A stretch of 57,237 nt of DNA. Origin: Phoronis australis. Lineage: Eukaryota; Animalia; Phoronida. This document shows positions 46,933 to 57,237 of this stretch, piece by piece (the stretch's first letter is position 1; every line of letters starts with the position of its first letter). The position numbers were made by a program, and so were the translations under genes. The notes beneath the pieces are model-generated. The model saw nothing but the letters and a program-made list of their open reading frames with translations. It was not told the DNA's origin and made no database searches. Location: assembly GCA_002633005.1 (NCBI GenBank), contig NMRA01000049.1, forward strand, positions 656,636-713,872, given 5' to 3'.

Positions 46933-48689
46933 ATTGCAACCGGGGGCCACCATCTTGAAGAAGAGTGCAGCTGCAGCCTAGAAAGTGGCCTTTTTTATTC
47001 TCAGCATGTTCACAAATACAAACAAACCAAATTCACTGAGCCTACATGCAATGCCCACCTACAAAATGCCTCCAAACTTGGCCTACCCCAAAATTTTAAT
47101 ATTCAGTGCCACCTTACGCCGAATGACAGGTGGTAATTTCCCCTAAAACGTTGACAACACAATGTGGATAGCAGAGCAACAAAACTATCGAACATATCAA
47201 CAATAGAGATGAAAATATAAAGGCAACGGTCATGAGACTTGAATTACAAACACAAAAATGTCATGCAAAATAAGTTACCTACTGGATAAGAGTACACAAA
47301 TACAAAAACAATGACTAAAAAGTGCTAATAGGTATAATGAATAGAAAAAAAATAATATTCCTAATACAACCATGTTTACAACCATGAGTACATGACTTTG
47401 AAAGGATTATTTCGTGAGAACGTCGTTAAAAACTCAGATGTTTCCAAATATACATGTATTACCACGCTGCAAAATGTCATACCGCGGAACCCGATGCCAC
47501 TTGATTCATTCTAACAAAAATATTTGAGGAATGCGTTCGTGTGAAACACTTGAACACTAAGTAGAAAAAAATTGGAAATCAATGAGCATACAAACAGTAT
47601 GCGTGAATTTAAAGCCGTGTGATTGTATGCAATAATTGACCGACTGTTCATGTACATGTTTGTGTACATGTGCATATCCGAAAATGAGAGCATGGACCAG
47701 TTTGAATAAAAGTTGAGAACAAAATTGTGCAAAGCGATAGAGTTATAGAAACTGATGTGTTAACATTAAGTATTTCAATGAAAAAAGAAGAATGCATGAC
47801 ACCGAAAACACCCTGTACTGGTTGGTAAGACACGCACATACACGGCGGTTAGCAGCGTGTGTCTGTCAACACCACTGCTTGGGCTGACGAAGCCGAAGGT
47901 CGAAGTATGCATTTGCACAGACCCAATTTTCCGAAAGGTGATTGGAATTGTCTACTTCGGGTCATAGGAAGGAATAATAATTACATCAATATGCAGACGC
48001 TTTTTCAAAAAATAAAACACATATAAGGAGTGCTGAGGTGTCTCAGGGAAAATTACTTTGGTGATACGCTACTTTTAGTATTCGTTGTCCTAGTACCTAA
48101 TTCATCTTTAAGTGGTGAACTTTGGTAATTTGTACGACATGGTCTCACAGTTTAAGCAGTTGTGTCACAGGCTCTGTTGTAAAACAACATGCCGCGGAAC
48201 TAGAGTTTTAAAAAGGCGTTCGCATTATTAATTTTTACACCAATCAACGTACCCCTTTTATGAGACCATGATGTGTGGAATTGCAGTTTTTTTCTGTCAG
48301 TAGCAAGCACACTTCCATCTGATTGGCCATCCAGAACGAGAAGGACAAAAATGTTCACACAGAAACAACACATTGAGATACTGCAACCATTTCAAAAAAT
48401 AAAGTTTTGATTTATTTCAAAACATATTAATGTCAAAATATCACCATCAAGCAGTAAAATCACACCGTGACAGTAATGTCTAGCTGGTACAAAGTTACTG
48501 TACTGGTACATGCTCTCCATTTCAGCAAGTCAGATTTAAACCAACTCTAATTTAATGCCTCAATTCAGTTGGATCCGGCATTTACTGACACACAATTATG
48601 TTAATAGAACATTTATATTGACAAAACCCCGCCACAAAATAAATATGACAAAACTCAAAGGTCATAAACTCTATCTGCCTTGTCCTACA

Positions 48690-48882
48690 CATGCGCGCAC
48701 CCAGGGGGGGGGGGGCATTTGACGAAGTGGACAAAAAGGTCCACCTCAGAGAAACAAAAAGTTCAAGAAAACGAGACAAACCTCCATTAAACAGGCGCAA
48801 CCGCACAATTCAACGTGGTACCCCATTTTTTAGTTCTCCCGCTTTTGTTAGTAAAAGGTCCACATCGCCATAAATTCGAGCC
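48690..48882. mobile_element. MITE family M, truncated copy
   Basis: CATGCGCGCACCCAGGGG... ending at AAATTCGAGCC. Confidence 0.7.
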
Positions 48883-50765
48883 AAGTATCAGAAGACCATA
48901 AACAGGACAGAAAATAAAAATGATGGTTTTCCTCAAGTAAGACAGTTGCAGATTTTAATAACTTGACAGGCTACGTAACATTTGTCCCATCTTTTGAAAT
49001 CTCCAGAAACAATCCATCTACCGTCCCAATATAACATTGTGGAGTGTAGCATTTTTGGGTATCCCTTCCTTCGATCCTGCCGTATTCCTCATAACCTGGC
49101 TATATCAATAAATCTTCAAATTGGTGTCCACTCTGTAGAAATGTACAGTTATTAATCTTGTAGTCACTTTTTGTGTTTCTTCGTTGCTACAAAACAACAG
49201 ATATCTTGGTCACTAAACCCTTAAAGACATATCGAACTAAGACGGAAAGTCAAGTAAAAGACCATGAAATATCGACTTAAGTGGGTGTTCTATGGACCAA
49301 TTGAAGTTGAACAATATCGTTTCTGCGATCGGATTCTCATCGACAAAATCATTTTATTTCAATTTCAATTTTTAAACCTCGAAAGATCAAAAAATTATAT
49401 CACTGATTCTGGGTCTAATCTTTATACTGGAAATCAAACTCTGTTTTTGGTGTTTTCTGCTGTAACTAAAGATAAGAGTTAAGACCCTTTCTAAAGTTCT
49501 GTGCTAGAGTATGCAATGATTTTCTTGGATGGTTTTCTAAAAATCTTAGTTTGCACTTGATGATCCTTACATCAAAGCTATGACTTTTTACTCGAAATCT
49601 CGTGTTGTTACCAATATTGGTTCCTACATACTACACAGTACACACTCATCTTGATGAACGTGGTTCATCATCAAGATGGCGGACCACTCCGCTCAACGAA
49701 AACCACGTGATGTCAACTTAATCTATTTATCTCATTGGTCAACCCAGGAGAAAAATCTAGCAAAATCACGTGCTCCGTCTGAAAATACATAGCGATGCCT
49801 CGAAATTTTACTCTTATTCTCGCGAAACACTTTTAAAAAAGCTTAGTCTACTGAATTCGAAAAAGCATCGGAAATGGTGCCTGATACCAAAAAAAAAAAA
49901 AAAAAATTCAGCAGAGGCAGTACGAAAACTTGTCACCTAGACAAACCTACGTCAGTGACCCCCAATACGTCGTAAGTCTAGTTTTGAGCCCACTGCCATG
50001 CCGCAATCGTCCCCAGTAGGCTTCTATTGGATACTTTCCGAAGCCCCACTTTAAAAGTTCCGATTACTGGTCTACAAAATATTGATTGTGGCCTGTGTAT
50101 GTGTGTCACGGGTTCGCAGTAAATAATAAAAAATCAATCCAGCAACTGCCATTAAATAGTTTCTTATCCCATCAATACACTCAGACACATTTCGCCAACT
50201 CTTACTATAGACTCACTCCAACCACGAGGTCTCCAAAGCACCCGTATCCTCATTTGCATATCAATAACTAGCCAACAAAGAGAACTTGGTTGACGTCACA
50301 ATGGACATCAGGCTCGCCCTAACGGGCCCGTCCTGCCACACGTACAAGAAAAACGTGTTGACTTTTTTGTTTTGTAAGTTTCCATTTTGTAAGGTATAAG
50401 TGCAGTTGTATTGTCAGTGATATTTCTTGCAGTTTTTGAACAATAAAAGTTTATTGTGTTCTCATTGACGTCTTTTGATTTCTTCACAGAAGACTGACGT
50501 GGTTCCAGGAATGGCAGCACATTCATTCGGTTGCCTATAAGTATCAATTAATGCGCTCGTCGCCAAAAATTACGCCATTTCATCACAACAGGGCGTCTCT
50601 GAACGATGACTAATCTCGTAGTAGACTAGCACCACTTCTATGAAAATCTACGGAGTAGGCCTACTTTAATTTATCAAAAGATCACTTGATAAGTTTAAAA
50701 ACGGTATTTGCAGCTCTTGAGTTATTAAACAAACGCCAGCTGAAAAACGTACTTTTCGAGACAAT

Positions 50766-52740
50766 AGCGGAGTTGCAACGCCGCCATATTGGAAATGGGT
50801 CAGAATGTTGCATTCTGGTTACAATGGTAAACTTCAGTAAACAAGTATGTTGGCAACCGTGCGGGCGAACGGGCTACGGGGAGGTTATACGTGTTGTGTG
50901 CCTGGCATGCTATAATACCAGTTAGCGAAATAAAAAAAATAGTTACTACCTGTTTCCCAAGGATCAAGAACTGCGTTAAACATGGGTCAGAGACATCGGT
51001 AGAGCTGGTAGCAAAGGCCGACTTCGTGAATTCTTTCCGACTTCGTAGCATAAAGTGTGCAGCGCTCATTTTGAGGGCGGCAAGAAAACGTATCTTAGAA
51101 ACTGCCCAACAATATCTCCCTTCAAAGAAACAGTAACAAATACTCCACGGCGGTTGGTAGTGAAAAAAAAAAACTTGTTTTCGCTTGACCAGAACCAAGC
51201 CAACATGAGCAATTTTGAGGATAATGCCTCTGCACAATCACCTGTTCTGGGTCGACTCACTTAACGTATGCACACTATATGCATTACGCGCTAAGATAAA
51301 GCGTGCAGATTATTATTATTTACTTTCTACAAAATTGTGGTACATTGCTACCAAAATTCGTTGTTAAATTACGATCATTTTTCATAAAATTTTGTTGAAG
51401 TTCCAGGGCGAAATCTTGCCGACAAATGCGTAGCTGCTGGTCTCGCAATCGTCGATAGGGCTTGAATTCTTAAATAAGAATACAGCTTTGACTCAACAAA
51501 TTACCTGAAATCCTCCTCAAGTTTTCCAAATAGCGTCTCTAAGATTTTTAAGTTCTTGTGAAGTCTGGATTAACTGCAGATTAAGTCCAAATCTACGCTA
51601 GATTGTAGCACGCAACCCGAGAAAAATCTCTGTGGGAACACATGTTGTTGTCACGTGACGTTTGTTTTGAAGTTTGTATGCGTGTGTGTGAGAGTAAGCG
51701 TGCGTGTGCTTGTCAGAGTTCATTTGCCAGAGTAATGTAATGATCTAGGTGTGCATTGTATCCAAAAAAAAAATAAGTCAAGCAGTCAAGCAGAGCGTGT
51801 TTTAATATTTACGGCTTAGCACTTGCTGGCCTCATCTGCTAAAAACGTTCGAGAATTTTTTCGGTAAGACCGACATGTCACTCATTGAGTCGCCGGGTGA
51901 GTGGATGCGTGACCGTAGTGTAACAGCTATTTCCCGGAAGATTTGGGGTGTAAGGGTGCGAAGTGGGTCATTTTGACCTTAAAAACACCAATTATGATTA
52001 GTTAAATAATTTCTCTTAAAAATAATGCAGAAGCTTTTTACGGTATTGGAAACTTTCGGAAATTAGTGCCAATATTTATTTGCCGATGCTATGTTACCCG
52101 ATTAATCTTCGATGACAGTCGGTACATTATGCAGCGCGCGCTTCTTGGTCGCGTGCTAACACTGGTCGAGTTTTTTTTATTAGTCTTCGATTCACGGTTT
52201 TCACATGCACAAAGAAGTTTGAGGCCGGAGAAGATCTGTACTGGAAAGAAACAATGCAATCCCGCTCTTTGACAAGTACGCTGTGTCTGTTTTCAAAGTC
52301 CAGACCCGCGTAGTGGGGCACATCCCTCGCAAGAGCAGCAAAACTTCTGCGTTCTTTTTGAATCGCGGCGTAAGTTTGAAGTGTATACGGACATAACGGT
52401 GAGGCTCGTGGTCCGTTACAAATTCAGGCTGTCGGATCTTTCAATTGATAAATTGGAGACGTTAGAACTGTAGGTAAGGGCATTTTTCGCATGTAGTTCA
52501 TGGGCTGGGCGCTTACTTTAGCAAAGTCTGAAAACGCGTTGGGGCACTTGTTGAGCCATGGGCGCTAATTAGGGCGAATAGCGGCAGAATTACATACAGC
52601 AGCGTAGTTTAATGCACACAAATTACACGTCGTGCAAACCAGTCGGCCATCCCGTTTACCATCAACAATCCCAGTAGCCTTTGCGCACCCTAATTTCCGG
52701 ACATGCGCAATCGTTAAATCGATTCAGTTGCAACTCCGCT
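50766..52740 (+). mobile_element. ISL2EU-like non-autonomous element B, copy 1 (AT TSD)
   Basis: acaAT|AGCGGAGTTGCAAC ... GTTGCAACTCCGCT|ATtgt; THAP remnant. Confidence 0.85.
50880..51165 (+). pseudogene. THAP domain remnant of element B (also at about 52970-53255)
   Basis: GGYTCCVPG/CYNTS*..YYLFPKDQELR*TWVRDIGR...VCSAHFEGGKKTYLRNCPTI: C2CH core, FP, W and PTI box. Confidence 0.8.
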
Positions 52741-52865
52741 ATTGTAAGCAGGTGTAAGCATGCAGTGTTTTCGCAAACACGGAAGTGTGAGTCCGAGGCG
52801 AAGCTTTGAATAAAAGCATAGGTTCAAGCTCAAGTTCTGTAAGCAGTAAGCTGGGGATGGACAAT

Positions 52866-54836
52866 AGCGGAGTTGCAACGCCGCCATATTGGAAATGGGT
52901 CAGAATGTTGCATTGTGGTTAAGCCGGTAAACAAGTACGTCGGCAAGCGTGGGGGCGAACCGGCCACAGGGAGGTTATACGTGTTGTGTGCCTGGCATGC
53001 TATAATACCAGTTAGCGAGATAAAAAAATTTAGTTACTACTTGTTTCCCAAGGATCAAGAACTGCGTTAAACATGGGTCAGAGACATTAGTAGAGCTGGT
53101 AGCAAAGGCCGACTTCGTGAATTCTTTCCGACTTGGTAGCATAAAGTATGCAGTGCTCATTTTGAGGGCGGCAAGAAAACGTATCTTGGAAACTGCCCAA
53201 CAATATCTCCCTCAAAGAAACAGTAAAAAACACTCTACGGTGGTTGGTAGTGAAAAAAAAACTTGTTTTCGCTTGACCAGAACCAACCCAACATGAGCAA
53301 TTTTGAGAATAATGCCTCAGCACAATCACCTCTTCTGGGTCAACACAGTTAACGTACGCTCACTATATGTATTACGCGCTAGGATAAAGCGTGCAGAATA
53401 TTATTATTTACTTTCTACGAACTTGTGGTGCATTGCTATCAAAATTCGTTGTTAAATTACGATCATTTTTCAGAAAATTGTGTTGGAAGTCCCAGGGCGA
53501 TATCTTGCCGACAAATGCGTAGCTGCCGGTCTCGCAATCGTCGATAGGGCTTGAATTCTTGAATAGGAATGCAGCTTCGACTCAACAAATTACCTGAAAT
53601 CCTCTTCAAGTTTTTCAAATAGCGTCTCTAAGATTTTTAAGTTCTTGTGGAGTCTGGATTGACTGCGGAATAAGTCCAAATCTGCGCTAGATTGCAGCCG
53701 CAACACGATAAAAATCTCTGGAGGAACACACATGTTGTTGTCACGTGACGTTTGTTTTGAAGTTTGTATGCGTGTGTGTGCCAGTAAGCGTGCGTGTGCT
53801 TGTCAACAGGGTTCTTTTGCCAGAGTAATGTAATGATCTAGGTGTGCATTGTATCCAAAGAACTGAATTAAGTCAAGCAGTCAAGCAGAGCGTGTTTTAA
53901 TATTTAGGCCTAGCTTAGCACTTGCTAAAAAACGTTCGAGAATTTTTTCGGTAAGACCGATATGTCACTCATTGAGTCGCCGGGTGAGTGGACGCGTGAC
54001 CGTAGTGTAAAAACTATTTTCCGGAAGATTTGGGGTGTAAGGGTGCGAAGTGGTTTGACCTTAAAAACACCAATTACGATTAGTTAAATAATTTCTCTTA
54101 AAAAATGCAAAAGTTTATTACGGTATTAGAAACTTTCGGAAATTAGTGCCAATATTTATTTCCCGATGCTTTGTTACCCGTTTCATGAATAAATAGTTCC
54201 CGTCTGAATGTCTTCGATGACAGCCGGTACATATGCAGCGCGCGCTTCTTGGCCGCGTGCTAACACTGGTCGATTTTTTTTATTAGTCTTCGTTTCACGG
54301 TTTTTACGTGTACAAAGAAGTTTGGATTCCTGTTGAGGCCGGAGAAGATCTGTACCGGGAAGAAACAATGCAAGGCTGCTGACAAGTACGCTGCATCTCT
54401 TCTCAAAGTCCACACCCGCGTAGTGGGGCACATTCCTCGCAAGAGCAGCAAAACTTCTGCGTTCTTTTTGAATCGCGGCGTAAGTTTGAAGTGTATACGG
54501 ACATAACGGTGAGGCTCGTGGTCTACAAATTCAGGTCTGTCGGATCTTTCAATTGATAAATTGGAGACGTTAGAACTGTAGGTAAGGGCATTTTTCGCAT
54601 GCAGTTCATGGGCTGGGCGCTTACTTTAGCAAAGTCTGAAAACGCGTTGGGGCATGGGCGCTTATTAGGGCAAATAGCGGCAGAATTGCATACAGCAGCG
54701 TAGTTTAATGCACACAAATCACACGTCATGCAAACCAATCGGCCATTCCATTTACCCTTATCAATCGCAATAGCCTTTGCGCACTCTAATTTCCGGACAT
54801 GCGCAATCGTTAAATCGATTCGGTTGCAACTCCGCT
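52866..54836 (+). mobile_element. ISL2EU-like element B, copy 2
   Basis: acaAT|AGCGGAGTTGCAAC ... GTTGCAACTCCGCT|ATtac; colinear with copy 1. Confidence 0.85.
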
Positions 54837-55832
54837 ATTACCCACGAGGTGGGCGTTTAGGGGTATTTTGCACAAAGTTGGGGATGGCAATTACTCAAGC
54901 AGTGGGCGCTTAAACTGAAAATTGACTAAAAGTCAGGGATGGGGAATCACCCGGGCATGGACGGTTATCAGCGAGTTTACGACAGGCATTGAATATGTGT
55001 GTTATGTATTAGTTTTGGCTTAAACCTATTTTGACCGATTGCTCAGGTTTGTCAGGTGGATCTGGATTTTGAATACGAAAGGGCATCCCTCTACTAGTAC
55101 CCTATATGGAATACCCGCGGAATAGGTCAGAATGCCAAGTGAACTCTCCCAATTCAATTCAAGTTCAAATGATTTTATTGAAATCAAAGCATTCAATGTC
55201 ATGAGGAAAATGATAGTTACTGTAATCTGGCTGCAGTTGACCTAGGTGTGAGTTGAATTGAATATGAACTGACTGTAATGACCCCCCATGTCGGGAGGGG
55301 CATGTTTTGTTAGGTTTACGTTAGTCTCAAAGTCATATATTAAGTTATTGATGTCGCACGTTCTTCTGTTAATGCGCATGATATCTTGTGAAGACTTGCA
55401 TGATCCACGACGGCGACATCCCGTTGCTCCGAACTTGTTCGACTCTATAGCCCAACAACAACTTGGGAAGTTTATCCCCGTAGCCAATATCTTACACGAC
55501 TGATTAACTCCATTCTGGCATTTATGGTTGGAGTGCCTGCTCTCTTTTGTTCGATAATTGCTCTAATCTTCGATAACCTGACTGGGCTGGGCTGATAAAA
55601 ATGAAAGTTAAGTTATAACATATTTGAGCTTAAACCAATAGCATTTGAATTCTGAATTCCTCGTCAAATGCTGATCATGTTCCGTTTTTGAATCACCAAA
55701 ATCGCCCAACTACAACATAATTTAAGACCATCTATTCTGTCCAAACGGATTACCAATGCCACATTGGGTTTGACTGTGTTCATACGCGTTCGGTAATAGC
55801 GTGCAACCACCATACGTTTTCTTTGAAGCCTG

Positions 55833-56943
55833 GGAGTTGCAATCGAATCGATTTAACGATTGCGCATGTCCGGAAATTAGGGTGCGCAAAGGCTATTGGG
55901 ATTGATTAGGGTAAATGGAATGGCCGATTGGTTTGCACGACGTGTGATTTGTGTGCATTAAACTACGTTGTTGTATGTAATTCTGCCGCTATTCGCCCTA
56001 ATAAACGCCCATCATGCCCCAATAAGCACCCCAACGCGTTTTCAGACTTTGCTAGTAAGCGCCCAGCCCATGAACTACATGCGAAAAATGCCTAACCAAC
56101 AGTTCTAACGAGTCTCCAATTTATCAATTGAAAGACCCGACAGTCCTGAATTTGTAGACCACTAGCCTCACCGTTATGTCCGTATACACTTCAAACTTAC
56201 GTCGCGATTCAAAAAGAACGCAGAAGTTTTGCTGCTCTTGCGAGGGATGTGCCCCACTACGCGGGTCAGGACTTTGAAAATAGACGCAGCGTTCTTGTCA
56301 GCGGGATTGCATTGTTTCTTTCCGGTACTGTTCTTCAACTGCTTCAACAGGAATCCAAACATCTTTGTACACGTGAAAACCGTCAATCGAAGACTAATAA
56401 AAAAACTCGACCAGTGTTATCACGCGGCCAAGAAGCGCGCGCTGCATAATGTACCGGCTGTCATCGAAGACATTTGGTCGGGAACTATCTATTCATACGG
56501 GTAACATAGCATCGGCAAATAAATATTAACACTAATTTCCGAAAGTTTCTAATATCGTAAAATAAACTTTTGCATTATTTTTACGAGAAATTATTTATCT
56601 AATCATAATTGGTGTTTTTAAAGTCAAAATGACCCACTGATAGTGAACACATTCGCACCCTTGCACCCCAAATCTTCCGGAAAGTAACTGTTACGCTACG
56701 GTCACGCATCCACTCACTCAGCGACTCAATGAGTGACGTATCGGTTTTACCGAAAAATTCTCGATCGTTTTTTAGCAGATGAGGCCAGCAAGTGCTAAGC
56801 TAAATATTAAAACACGCTCTGCTTGACTGCTTGAGTTAATTTCTTTGGATACAATGCACACCTAGATCATTATATCGGATTTACTCTGGCAAATAAACTC
56901 TTATAACAAGCACACGCACGCTTACTCTCACACACACGCATAC
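55833..56943 (-). mobile_element. ISL2EU-like element B, copy 3 (inverted, partial)
   Basis: Reverse complement of the right half of B; homology ends near 56943. Confidence 0.8.
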
Positions 56944-57237
56944 AGCACACATCACAAATTTTTGGCCGACCGGTCGGAAATTGGTCGGCGACCGGCCGTC
57001 GATCGGTCGTCTAGCCGACCAGCAGCCGACCAACAACGGTCGGCTAGGAGCCGTCTGCTGAGTCGCCTCTGTGGTCGGCACTTGGGTCGGCTAAATGGTC
57101 GCCTGGCGTAGACGACCAATTCGGATTAAGCGTGTCCTTGGTCGGCAATTACCATTTTATGACTTAGCGGGTGAACTTTGGCCAAACAAACATTGAACAG
57201 TTCGCTGTTCGTTCAGCAGCGGCAACTCCGGTCTTGA
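56944..57237. mobile_element. CCGACC/GGTCGG-rich repeat, probably a MITE interrupting B copy 3
   Basis: Dense direct and inverted CCGACC motifs begin exactly where B homology stops; runs off the window. Confidence 0.45.

Noticed and set aside
50880-53255. In-frame TAA/TAG/TGA in THAP remnants as evidence of stop-codon recoding
   Set aside because: Frameshifts accompany the stops, and the host genes end in normal TAG and TGA; this is ordinary decay before amplification.
56229-56270. LLLL..DVPHYAG resembling a 2A-like GDVExNPGP motif
   Set aside because: Lacks NPGP and requires a frameshift.

Overview
Metazoan (probably invertebrate) genomic DNA; most ORFs in the supplied track are spurious. 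Two spliced host genes converge in the first 22 kb. On the + strand are the last 8 coding exons of an anoctamin/TMEM16 gene (681-14275). On the - strand is a two-exon type I transmembrane LRR protein of 491 aa (21686-18892). The rest is dense in DNA transposons. (1) A hAT system with 5-bp target-site duplications: a 3.4-kb element with a decayed, intron-containing ZMYM1/PRKRIR-type transposase, plus several MITE families. (2) Two different ISL2EU-like THAP elements, one as an inverted pair bracketing 11.5 kb and one as a cluster of three copies; all four intact insertions sit in AYAATTRY. (3) An IS3EU-like element with 21-bp minisatellites. (4) MITEs with CWG duplications. The most unusual structure is a 2.15-kb non-coding array at 38695-40851. 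It has three units joined at a TGTGGTATAA motif, forms a roughly 1.7-kb palindrome, carries terminal hairpins apparently in flip and flop orientations, and contains an internal tRNA-like Pol III box pair. All calls were made by eye; family names need database confirmation.
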